Below, piece after piece: positions 30,999-39,281 of a stretch of DNA of 64,000 nucleotides. Origin of the DNA: Candidatus Staskawiczbacteria bacterium (GTDB taxonomy: Bacteria; Patescibacteriota; Minisyncoccia; Minisyncoccales; Staskawiczbacteraceae); contig JAHFKW010000001.1 in the NCBI GenBank assembly GCA_023245145.1, positions 9,823 to 73,822 of the forward strand, in the 5' to 3' direction. The position numbers and the translations under genes were made by a program. The number at the start of each line of letters is the position of its first letter. Positions within the stretch are counted from its first letter, which is position 1. The notes below the pieces were generated by a model. The model saw nothing but the letters and a program-made list of their open reading frames with translations. It had not been told where the DNA came from and did not search any database.

Positions 30999-32274
30999 TA
31001 TGAATGATATTTTCTATATTATACGTTCCCATTTTTTCTATTTCCACAAAACCTTGCATCGCCATTTCCGCTAAATCTCCCGTCTCCAACAAATCATAGA
31101 GCCACTCCTGTGTATATCTTGGGTTCTCCTGATCAACCCCGGCACCAACGTGTAAAAGCCAACGCCGGTTAAAATCCTCTTGCGATCCAATCGGTGGTTG
31201 AATAATAATGGGAATACCTAAGCCAGCATAAAAAGACAATTCGGAAGGCTTGGTCATCAAAATATCCGTAGTCCGCAACGTTTCATTAAATGCGTCAAAA
31301 TACTCCTGAATATTTTTCCCTGACAAGACCTTGACGCCATCGTCCAGTCCAAGTTTATGGATCTGATTCAAAAAATATGTTTTTAATTCTTGCCTTACAC
31401 CAATCGCAACAATAAAACGAACCTGCCTTAATTTAATTTTTTCACGCAAACTGTGGATAATGGCTAACGCAATCTCTTTTTGAGCACCCGCTCCACCTAT
31501 GGAAAACATCAAAGTCAAAGGGTGATCTGATAAACTAGGCACATGCCCTAAATAACTTTTTATCAAAGGGGAATATAAATTTCGGTACTTACCCATTGGA
31601 TCAAGATTTACAATACGTCGGCTCAAATCTTTTTTGACAATCTCTTTTTGGTGACCAACATTTTCTTTCGGCAGAGGGTAGCCGGTCAATATGATATTTT
31701 CAGTTTTTACGCCATATAACTTTAACCGATCGCGCGTCCACGTATTTGGTACTAAATATGTTATTCTGGTTTTTTTGGCATCTATGGGCACCCAAACCCG
31801 AGCAATATCGGCATCGCAAATAACGCAATAAATATCATTTGGATAGTTAAAGTATTCCGCCATAAAAGCGGGCGTAAAAAAAGTACTAATCAATGGCAGA
31901 GGGTTTTTAGCCAACCTTTCTATTATGTTTCTGCCCCAACCCTTTTTTATAGAAGAAAAAATAATTTTACCGGAAATATTAGCCTTAGATAAATCTCTTT
32001 TGGGATAATAACCCAATATCTTTTGAAATCTATCCAAAAATAAAAAAAGGAATATACCGACCAAAGGAATGCTTCTGAAGCGTGAAATAAATTCATAAGA
32101 CACTCTGGTGGTATGCCAAAATCTACTATCTTTAGTGGGAATACCGGGATAATTATTGGCATTAATCACACTACCGCCAAAAGCTACACTTCTTAGTGGG
32201 TAGGCAGTCCGTTGATGACCATAGCCCATATCAGCGGCAATCACCCACGCTTTTTTATTTACGTTATTTTCCAT
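30991..32274 (-). CDS. GT-B glycosyltransferase, MGDG-synthase/UgtP/MurG-like (GT28-like)
   Basis: N-terminal GYGHQRTA glycine loop. C-terminal TKPSELSFYAGLGIPII resembling the GT28 donor-binding motif. Confidence 0.4.
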   Translation of the reverse strand: MENNVNKKAWVIAADMGYGHQRTAYPLRSVAFGGSVINANNYPGIPTKDSRFWHTTRVSYEFISRFRSIPLVGIFLFLFLDRFQKILGYYPKRDLSKANISGKIIFSSIKKGWGRNIIERLAKNPLPLISTFFTPAFMAEYFNYPNDIYCVICDADIARVWVPIDAKKTRITYLVPNTWTRDRLKLYGVKTENIILTGYPLPKENVGHQKEIVKKDLSRRIVNLDPMGKYRNLYSPLIKSYLGHVPSLSDHPLTLMFSIGGAGAQKEIALAIIHSLREKIKLRQVRFIVAIGVRQELKTYFLNQIHKLGLDDGVKVLSGKNIQEYFDAFNETLRTTDILMTKPSELSFYAGLGIPIIIQPPIGSQEDFNRRWLLHVGAGVDQENPRYTQEWLYDLLETGDLAEMAMQGFVEIEKMGTYNIENIIHNV

Positions 32275-32281
32275 ATACCCA

Positions 32282-33238
32282 TTATAACCTATTTTTAATC
32301 TTTTCAGTATTCCCATGTTTTAACAACCCCAAATAGGAACTTATTGTTTGCAAAGAGTTACTTTTCTTTAATCTTTTTAACATCCTTTGCTTAGTTTTAG
32401 TGCGAATAACTTTGTGGTCGTTAAAATTCACCCACCCTAAAAAATCTACACCTGAAGAAAAGGTTTTAATGAACAGTTTATCAGGATGCAAAGATAATTT
32501 TAATCTACTTTGTAAAAATTCATTGATTAATGGAATTAAGCTTTCTAAATACTGCCTATCTTCTGATAAAAACACAAAATCGTCCGCGTATCTTACATAA
32601 TGTTTTATGCGTAAAGTATGTTTTACAAACTGATCAAACTCATTCATATAAATGTTGCAAAAAAGCTGGCTGGTGAGATTACCCAGCGGCAGGCCGGTGC
32701 ACGGCCTGCCGCTGTCAAAACTGCCGATAATGTTAGCCAGCAGGTTTATGATATTGCTATCCGGAATATATTTTTCCAATATTTCCAACAATATACGCTG
32801 ATCAATAGAATGAAAAAACTTTTTGATGTCGCACTTGAGTACCCAACAGGCATGGGTATGGTTTTTTGAGACTATTCGGGCAAAAGAGTTAAACTGCGAA
32901 ATGGCTCGGTGAGTACCTTTATTATTCCGACAGGAATATGAATCAAATATAAAACGCTCGTCAAAATAGTCATACAGCACCCGATACACCGCGTGGTGCA
33001 ACAATCGGTCACGCACGGTGGCTTTATGGATAGTGCGGGGTTTAGGGTCATTGATTTTAAACTCTTGGTAGCCACCGTGTTTATATATTCCGCTTGCTAA
33101 ATCTTGATGAAGTGCTAGTATGTTATCCATTAGGTTGAATTGAAATTCTTGGACGTCTTTTTTCATTTTCTTTCCAATCAAAAAATCCTGCCAAGCTAGC
33201 AATAAATTTTCAATACTAATTAAATATTCATAATTCAT
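32282..33238 (-). CDS. Diversity-generating retroelement reverse transcriptase
   Basis: RT motifs PKPRTIHKATVRDRLLHHAV, GLPLGNLTSQLFCNIYMNEFD (the DGR-specific [ILV]GxxxSQ replacing QG), YVRYADDFVFL (YADD) and SGVDFLGW. Start set at Met17 by alignment to DGR RT N-termini (NLxxAW). Confidence 0.85.
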   Translation of the reverse strand: MNYEYLISIENLLLAWQDFLIGKKMKKDVQEFQFNLMDNILALHQDLASGIYKHGGYQEFKINDPKPRTIHKATVRDRLLHHAVYRVLYDYFDERFIFDSYSCRNNKGTHRAISQFNSFARIVSKNHTHACWVLKCDIKKFFHSIDQRILLEILEKYIPDSNIINLLANIIGSFDSGRPCTGLPLGNLTSQLFCNIYMNEFDQFVKHTLRIKHYVRYADDFVFLSEDRQYLESLIPLINEFLQSRLKLSLHPDKLFIKTFSSGVDFLGWVNFNDHKVIRTKTKQRMLKRLKKSNSLQTISSYLGLLKHGNTEKIKNRL

Positions 33239-33631
33239 ATGACAAATTCCTTTAACCCCCCCCCATCCCTTTTGCCTATTTTGCAAAAAGCCAAAGAGGC
33301 TTATTTAGTTTGGTATCAATATTACCTGATTGTGCCAAAAACACATAGACATACTTTGGCACAGAAAATTGATGAATTGTTTACCCACTGTATAGAAGCC
33401 ATAGTGACTGCCAGTTTTCTATCCAAAGAAGAAAAGTTACCCTACGTACGCCAAGCTATTAGAAAAACTGACACCATTAAAATCTTTTTAATGATTCTCT
33501 GGGAAACAAAATCTCTCAACGACAAAAAATATATTTATATTTCTTTAAAAGTAAATGAGATTGGTAAGATGCTGGGTGGCTGGCAGGGACAATTAATAAA
33601 AAACTCTCCCAAATTAGGAGAGAAAAAATAA
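33239..33631 (+). CDS. avd: Avd-like accessory variability determinant (four-helix-bundle, TIGR02436-like)
   Basis: 130 aa helical protein ending EIGKMLGGWQGQLIK, which is the EIGKML[GS]GW signature of Avd/four-helix-bundle proteins. Central LIVPKTHRHTLAQKIDELF resembles bAvd IAQSIPRKHGVAREMF. Immediately followed by the TR. Confidence 0.55.
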   Translation: MTNSFNPPPSLLPILQKAKEAYLVWYQYYLIVPKTHRHTLAQKIDELFTHCIEAIVTASFLSKEEKLPYVRQAIRKTDTIKIFLMILWETKSLNDKKYIYISLKVNEIGKMLGGWQGQLIKNSPKLGEKK

Positions 33632-33636
33632 GAGAG

Positions 33637-33763
33637 TTGCGGGGACGGCAAAGGCGAAACCGTTGTTCGCATTCCAGTTGTCATCCGGCCTGTCATAGTA
33701 GGCATTGAGCCTCGGACCATCATTGCGGTTCGTGCCAAGCAAGTTAGGGTTGCCGTCGGAATT
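33637..33763 (-). repeat. DGR template repeat (TR), adenine-bearing sense on minus strand
   Basis: 127-bp near-identical copy of 34129-34255. At all 11 mismatches TR has A (minus strand), within AAC/AAT Asn codons when read in the target frame. Non-coding, 6 nt after the avd stop. Confidence 0.85.
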
Positions 33764-34021
33764 GTGCAAAATATCACCCATACCACTACCCCTTAAGCGC
33801 TTGTGCTTTCAGGGCTGTATCTAATTCGGTAGCTAAACTACCATAATATTTTGCACCAAGTATCTTTATTTTTAGAATCGTCGTATATCCAAATTCGTAA
33901 AGCGAATTTTTCTCTACTTTCAACCTTAGTCAAAAGTATTCTCAATATACAAAAATTAGCTTCGGCAGCCTGAAATCGTAATTTCGAGCGTATTCGCCTA
34001 ACCGAAATTACTATATCATAT

Positions 34022-34059
34022 TTTTTACAAAAAAACTGCCCTCATCTGCTGATGAGGGC
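34022..34059 (-). terminator. Stem-loop with T-run about 70 nt downstream of VR (terminator / DGR-associated hairpin)
   Basis: Minus strand: GCCCTCATC-agca-GATGAGGGC followed by AGTTTTTTTGTAAAAAA. Confidence 0.55.
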
Positions 34060-34120
34060 CGAACTAAGTTCAAGAAGATCAAGGGCCGACGAGGCCAAAG
34101 TCTCAAGAACAAAGTTCTTA

Positions 34121-34792
34121 TTAGATACTTGCGGGGACGGCAAAGGCGAAACCGTAGTACGCATGCCAGTAGTCATCCGGCCTGTCATAGTAGGCATAGA
34201 GCCTCGGACCATCATAGCGGTCCGTGCCAAGCAAGCCAGGGCTGCCGTCGGAATCTTCGATGGGCTCATGCATCGTAATGATCCATGTCAAGCCCATCTT
34301 GGCAATCTCCTCGTCCGTGAACAGATCGCGGATGAGACAGCCAACTTCGGCTTCTGGCTTTTGCCACTTGCGCGTTTCTTCGGCCTCCTTGCGGATGGCT
34401 TTGGTACGACGCTCATCGTTGGTATCCCAGAACTTTCCTGGGATAACGGCGATGTTGTAAACAACACCGCTCGTCGCCCTGAACTTTTTTGAGCGAAGGA
34501 CACTCTTGGCGTAGCTGGACAGATAGATACCCTTCGCTTCAAAGTGAGCAATCCATTGCTCACCCGTTCTGCCGTTAGACGTGACGGTGAAACGGATGGT
34601 ACCGTCGGCATCCAGGTGCCACAAGCAAGTCGGCTCTTCTGGAATCTTGCAAAGGCCCAGCAAGAACCTTTGCCGATCTTCTGGATGCTCGATCCACCAC
34701 TGCAAAACGTTGACCGGGATTTTCGTCACGATCACGTTCAGCGTCTGGATCAAAACCGCGAGAAATTGAAGGATCTGCTCAATCTTAGCCAT
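34121..34792 (-). CDS. DGR target protein with C-terminal variable region (C-type-lectin/FGE-like ending), no signal peptide
   Basis: ORF ends ...DSDGSPGLLGTDRYDGPRLYAYYDRPDDYWHAYYGFAFAVPASI. The VR covers the last 45 codons. Start at ATG 34790-92, with an AAAGGAA SD 8 nt upstream (the track ORF uses an upstream TTG at 34855). Visibly G+C-rich. Confidence 0.75.
   Translation of the reverse strand: MAKIEQILQFLAVLIQTLNVIVTKIPVNVLQWWIEHPEDRQRFLLGLCKIPEEPTCLWHLDADGTIRFTVTSNGRTGEQWIAHFEAKGIYLSSYAKSVLRSKKFRATSGVVYNIAVIPGKFWDTNDERRTKAIRKEAEETRKWQKPEAEVGCLIRDLFTDEEIAKMGLTWIITMHEPIEDSDGSPGLLGTDRYDGPRLYAYYDRPDDYWHAYYGFAFAVPASI
34129..34255 (-). repeat. DGR variable region (VR) at 3' end of target gene
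   Basis: Pairs with the TR. Differences from the TR are T/T/G/T/T/T/G/G/G/G/C on the coding strand opposite TR adenines. Invariant GC-rich 3' end (GGTTTCGCCTTTGCCGTCCCCGCAA) shared with the TR, as an IMH-like element. Confidence 0.85.
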
Positions 34793-34911
34793 GGCGTTTT
34801 TTCCTTTCGTAGGTGTTCGCCAACTATTGCTTATAATCACGCCAACATGACGCAATCACAGCATACCTTAATCATACACCCTGCAAGCAGGCTTGTCAAG
34901 GCCACCCTCTT

Positions 34912-36420
34912 TTAATACCCAATAAACTGAGATTTTACCTTTTTATTAAAAAGCCAAATAATGATTGCCAGCGTCACATAATATATAAAAATCCATACCC
35001 ACGATATGCCGTTAATCGATTTGACCGCCCAAGGCTCTCCAAAAATATCCACCACTTTCATAAAATAGAGCATGATAAAGTATGTCGGCAGAGAAAAAAT
35101 AAACCCCAAACCGAACGAAAAAATCCCCAAAAAAGCGGCTAAGAATCCAAAGATCATCACGGCATCAATAATGGGAATAATCAGTAAATTGGTAATGGGC
35201 GCCACCAGCGAAATAGTTTTAAAATAATACATAATTATCGGCAAGGTAAAGAGTTGAGCAGCCAGGGTCACGGAAAGAATACTTAAGAAAAATGAGGCTG
35301 TTTGATTATTCCAAAATACCAACAGATAGTCTATGGCCGGCTTACCATAAATAATTCCCAGTGAAGCTAAAAAGGAAAGTTGAAAGCCTACATCGTAAGC
35401 TAAAAGCATGGGGTTTTGCAAAAGCATGAGCGTTGCAGTTAACACAATAACACGGGCCGTGGCGTTTTGTCGGCCAAACTTTTGAGCCAATAAGAAAACA
35501 CTGGCCATAATGGCCGACCGAATGCCTGAAGCAGGAAAAGCAGCGATAACGATATAAAGCCAGATGAAAACAATTGAGATATAAAAAGCCTGACCGCGCC
35601 ACAATCCAAGCGCCAGCAATGCTGTCATTAAAATAGAACTTAAAATCACCACATTGGAGCCGGAAATAGCGGTAATATGTGTCAGGCCAGTGGCGCGAAA
35701 CTTTTCTTTTACTTCCTCTGCCATATTGGCTGTCCCACCCAACATAATGCCTTCTATAATAGCACTGTGAGGCGCAGAAAATTGAGTCCAAATGGATTTT
35801 TTCAATGTTGTTTTAAAGCTTAGTAATTTTTGGTACAAAGATTCTGACAGCGAAAGTACTTTAGCGTTTGACATTAATTCTATTTTAGGAAAATCCATCA
35901 CAGAATATATGCCATTTTTCATTAAATAATTTTTGTAATTAAAATCCGCAGTGACAAAAGGAGTTTTTAGTTTGCCAGTTATTTTTATTTGATCCAAGTA
36001 TTTATATTCGGGATATAGACTCGTTGTTACCAAAACCACACTTTGGGTATTATCAATTTTGACTGATAACTTTTGAGAAGTCTCTCTAATATCCGGCGCG
36101 TCAATAATTTTGCCCGTCAAAGTGATCTTATCAGAGTTATCATTTAATATGCTCATTGAATCATTCAAAACGGCAAATTCAGAAACTTGCAGACGCGTGA
36201 CGGCTAGGATTAAAAATAATAGGCAAAAGCCGATAATCGCCGCTTCTTTTTTTGCCTGCCCCAAGTGAAATCGAAGGGTGAAAAAAGAAGCGGCGATACA
36301 AACCACCCCCAGCAACAAAAAAGCCCAAATAAACATTGGGGGGATTTTTAGTAGCGACTGCAAAGCGATGCCGATAATAAATGAAATGCAAAAACAAAAA
36401 AGAATTTTTGAAGGCGTCAT
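34912..36420 (-). CDS. comEC: ComEC/Rec2-family competence channel protein (DUF4131 + competence domain, no metallo-beta-lactamase domain)
   Basis: About 10 TM. Conserved ...THITAISGSNVVIL... competence-domain block. Start overlaps the ftsZ stop (ATGA). Confidence 0.7.
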   Translation of the reverse strand: MTPSKILFCFCISFIIGIALQSLLKIPPMFIWAFLLLGVVCIAASFFTLRFHLGQAKKEAAIIGFCLLFLILAVTRLQVSEFAVLNDSMSILNDNSDKITLTGKIIDAPDIRETSQKLSVKIDNTQSVVLVTTSLYPEYKYLDQIKITGKLKTPFVTADFNYKNYLMKNGIYSVMDFPKIELMSNAKVLSLSESLYQKLLSFKTTLKKSIWTQFSAPHSAIIEGIMLGGTANMAEEVKEKFRATGLTHITAISGSNVVILSSILMTALLALGLWRGQAFYISIVFIWLYIVIAAFPASGIRSAIMASVFLLAQKFGRQNATARVIVLTATLMLLQNPMLLAYDVGFQLSFLASLGIIYGKPAIDYLLVFWNNQTASFFLSILSVTLAAQLFTLPIIMYYFKTISLVAPITNLLIIPIIDAVMIFGFLAAFLGIFSFGLGFIFSLPTYFIMLYFMKVVDIFGEPWAVKSINGISWVWIFIYYVTLAIIIWLFNKKVKSQFIGY

Positions 36421-37340
36421 TACGATTTGGTTGCAATCACCGTTATCTTAATTTCTCCTTTCTTAAGTTCAGTATTCTTAACGGCGCCAAAAATAATCTG
36501 GGCTTTGGCTTCTACATGTTGAGTAATAACTTTGGCGGCATCTTGAATTTCCTGCAATGTTACATCAGAACCCGAAGCATTAAATAAGATACCTTTTGAG
36601 CCTTTAATAGAAAAATCCAGCAAAGGTGAATTAATAGCCTTGGTGGCGGCTTCAATCGCCCGATGTGGTCCCCTGGCTACCCCCGTGCCAAATAATGCTT
36701 GACCGGAATTCTTCATAATAGAAATAACCGATGCAAAATCAATATTAATAATACCGGGAGACAGAATTAAATCCGTAATCCCCTGGACAGCTTCGCGCAG
36801 TATATCGTCACAAATTTCAAAAGCGTTGGAAACAGTGGTTTTCTCATCAATAATTTTAAGTAATTTATCATTTGAAATAACCAGTAAAGAGTCTACGTTA
36901 CTCCGTAATTGTTCCAGACCCTTTTTGGCTACTTCTGCTCGCTGCTGACCCTCAAAAGAAAAAGGCGTAGTTACTACCGCCACCGTCAAAATTCCCAAGC
37001 TTTTAGCTATTTGAGCTATCACCGGCGCGGCTCCTGTCCCTGTTCCTCCGCCCAAACCACAAGTAACAAACACCATATCCGAGCCTTTAATAATTTCCGT
37101 TATTTCTTTCTTGTTCTCTTCTACAGCCGCCCGACCCTGGGTTATGTCCATACCTGCCCCCAAGCCACGAGTGATATGTTGACCAATCAAGATTTTATGA
37201 GGCACTTTGCAAAAATGTAACGCCTGAACATCGGTATTGACAGCTATTAATTCAATGCCTCGTACATCACATCTGGCAATTCTAGCAATTGTATTAGAAC
37301 CAGATCCACCCACCCCTAGCACTTTTATTTTCGGTGACAT
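36420..37340 (-). CDS. ftsZ: Cell division GTPase FtsZ (short form)
   Basis: Tubulin signature GGGTGTG, plus KVLGVGGSGSN and NTD. Confidence 0.9.
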   Translation of the reverse strand: MSPKIKVLGVGGSGSNTIARIARCDVRGIELIAVNTDVQALHFCKVPHKILIGQHITRGLGAGMDITQGRAAVEENKKEITEIIKGSDMVFVTCGLGGGTGTGAAPVIAQIAKSLGILTVAVVTTPFSFEGQQRAEVAKKGLEQLRSNVDSLLVISNDKLLKIIDEKTTVSNAFEICDDILREAVQGITDLILSPGIINIDFASVISIMKNSGQALFGTGVARGPHRAIEAATKAINSPLLDFSIKGSKGILFNASGSDVTLQEIQDAAKVITQHVEAKAQIIFGAVKNTELKKGEIKITVIATKS

Positions 37341-37350
37341 TGTTTTGTTT

Positions 37351-38601
37351 TTACGGTATGAATACTCTAAACATCCTCTTCAATTTCAGGTTCAAATCTT
37401 TTAAAAATCCTGTAGAAAACCCCAACATAGCCCCAGTATCAGGACTGTCATAATCTGCACTGCCTAAAATAAGTCCTACCACCGTTGCCAAAGCCGAGTC
37501 TTGCTCCAGACCATTAATCCCCTTGGGTACGCCCACTTCTACGGAAAGCTTTAAAACATGCTTAGCTAATTCTTTTATCTTAGGCAATTTGGCACCACCG
37601 CCAGTCAAAACTACGCCACCGGGCAGTAATTCGTGCCGGCCGATTTTTTTTAATTCTTTTTGTACCAAATCCATAATTTCAGAAACGCGAGGCTCTATGA
37701 TATCCACTAAATTCTTTTTAGTAAACGCTATTTCTTCAGAAGCTTCAAATACTTCAATTTTTTGTTTATCTTTTTTATCAACCATCTTTCTTCTTTTTTC
37801 ACTGCTGGAAACCATACAAGTACCATATTCTTTTTTGATGTTTTCGGCTGTTGCTACATCCGTTTTAAGTCCAATGGCTATATCGTTAGTAATATTAGCC
37901 GATCCCAAAGGGAAAATAGCCAAGTGAATCAAGTCTCCTTCGTCAAAAACGGCTAAACTGGTGGTGGAGTGACCAATGTCAATCAGGGCCGCTCCGATTT
38001 CTTTTTGCTGACGGGTTAAACAAGCTTGGGCAGCGGCAATCGGCGAAGGAATAACATCATCAATTTGCAATTTGGCATTGAGCACAGCTTGGGTCAAATT
38101 AATAAAATATAACTGAAAATAGCACAATAAAACCACCTTGGCTTCAAGCCTTACGCCAGTTAGGCCCAACGGTTGCTTAATACCTTTTTGCTCATCAATA
38201 ATAAACTCTTTGGGAAAGACATCTAATATTTCTTCGTTGAGAGGAATGTTAATGGATTTGGTAGCTTCCAAAACTCGGTCTATATCTTCCTGGGAAATAA
38301 TTTTATCGGCGCGCGAAACAGAGATCAATCCGTCCGATGGGGCTACATACAAATGACTTCCGCCAATATTGACGAATACAGCACTAATTTTACGACCGAT
38401 ATCTTTTTGAACACCATCAATTAACAATTGGATATTTTTGGCGGTTTCTTCGGCGTTAACCACTGCTCCACGACGCAATCCAAACGAAGGAATTTGAGCG
38501 TACGATAAAACCTGCCATTCATTACCATTTTTTTCAGCTACCAATATCTTAATAGTGCTGGTACCAATATCCAGCCCTGTAACAATTTGATTTTTGGCCA
38601 T
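37351..38601 (-). CDS. ftsA: Cell division protein FtsA
   Basis: Actin-fold ATPase: GLDIGTSTIKILV, DIGHSTTSLAV and the SHS2 insert. Confidence 0.85.
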   Translation of the reverse strand: MAKNQIVTGLDIGTSTIKILVAEKNGNEWQVLSYAQIPSFGLRRGAVVNAEETAKNIQLLIDGVQKDIGRKISAVFVNIGGSHLYVAPSDGLISVSRADKIISQEDIDRVLEATKSINIPLNEEILDVFPKEFIIDEQKGIKQPLGLTGVRLEAKVVLLCYFQLYFINLTQAVLNAKLQIDDVIPSPIAAAQACLTRQQKEIGAALIDIGHSTTSLAVFDEGDLIHLAIFPLGSANITNDIAIGLKTDVATAENIKKEYGTCMVSSSEKRRKMVDKKDKQKIEVFEASEEIAFTKKNLVDIIEPRVSEIMDLVQKELKKIGRHELLPGGVVLTGGGAKLPKIKELAKHVLKLSVEVGVPKGINGLEQDSALATVVGLILGSADYDSPDTGAMLGFSTGFLKDLNLKLKRMFRVFIP

Positions 38602-39021
38602 TTATTTTTTAACTACTTTTAAAAAATATGCTTCCTGTTTGACAAACATTTTTTCCTCATCTATTTTTGAAATTTCGTGGTCATAACCCAGCACATGTAA
38701 TAATCCGTGAATGAGCATGTATGCCATTTCTTTTTTTAAACTCCGGTTTGAATCTTGCGTTTTTTCTTTGATGTATTCCGGGCACAAAATCACTTCCGAA
38801 CACTCATCTTTAAAATCAGATATTTTCTCAAAACTCAATACATCGGTGGGTTGGTCTTTGTGACGATACTGTTTATTGAGTTTTTGAATTTCAGCAGAAT
38901 TAACAAAAGCCACAGACACATTTTCCTTTAATCTATTTTCGCCTTTTAAAACTTTTTTTGCAACCCCCAAAAAGAAGGCTTTATCCACAGCGAAATTGGT
39001 TAGGTTGTTGATTTCAATCAT
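38602..39021 (-). CDS. ybeY: rRNA maturation endoribonuclease YbeY
   Basis: HGLLHVLGYDH metal-binding motif. Confidence 0.9.
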   Translation of the reverse strand: MIEINNLTNFAVDKAFFLGVAKKVLKGENRLKENVSVAFVNSAEIQKLNKQYRHKDQPTDVLSFEKISDFKDECSEVILCPEYIKEKTQDSNRSLKKEMAYMLIHGLLHVLGYDHEISKIDEEKMFVKQEAYFLKVVKK

Positions 39022-39058
39022 GATGCTCTATTTTACAACATATTTCAAAATTAAACAA

Positions 39059-39092
39059 AATCGGCGCTCCGATGTACATCGGAGCGCCGATT
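39059..39092 (-). terminator. Perfect 16-bp inverted repeat hairpin (AATCGGCGCTCCGATG-ta-CATCGGAGCGCCGATT), terminator candidate
   Basis: Seen directly in the sequence, flanked by A/T-rich runs on both sides. Confidence 0.5.
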
Positions 39093-39104
39093 AAAAAATA
39101 CTTT

Positions 39105-39281
39105 CTAGAGTCCCAATTGGCTGGTATACACACGGAAAATATACGGCAACGCGACCAAGGCTATCAGCAGTGGCGCCACAAACGTCACCAGTGTCACAAT
39201 CAGCGTCCACAAAAAATACTTTCGGGTTTTTTCCACCGATTTATAAATCGCATCTAACTTTTTCTGCAAATCTTCTTCCAT
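39105..39281 (-). CDS. Small membrane protein (58 aa), translationally coupled to yqeY (TAATG)
   Basis: Reverse-strand ORF MEEDLQKKLDAIYKSVEKTRKYFLWTLIVTLVTFVAPLLIALVALPYIFRVYTSQLGL. Below the 60-aa track cutoff. One TM. Confidence 0.35.
   Translation of the reverse strand: MEEDLQKKLDAIYKSVEKTRKYFLWTLIVTLVTFVAPLLIALVALPYIFRVYTSQLGL

Larger units (their letters stand above)
32282..34792 (-). mobile_element. Diversity-generating retroelement cassette (RT - avd(divergent) - TR - target/VR)
   Basis: RT, Avd, TR and a target gene with a C-terminal VR all lie within 2.5 kb. Confidence 0.85.

Noticed and set aside
33535-34269. ORF-track proteins 33535..33786(-) and 34042..34269(-) sharing the peptide CLARTAMMVRGSMPTMTGRMTTGMRTTVSPLPSPQ
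   Set aside because: They are out-of-frame translations of the DGR TR and VR DNA repeat. Most TR/VR differences fall on wobble positions in that frame, so they are not real paralogous proteins.
34052-34492. Plus-strand 146-aa ORF overlapping the DGR target 3' end and VR
   Set aside because: Antisense to a well-supported gene, with no SD. It arises from the high G+C of the insert.
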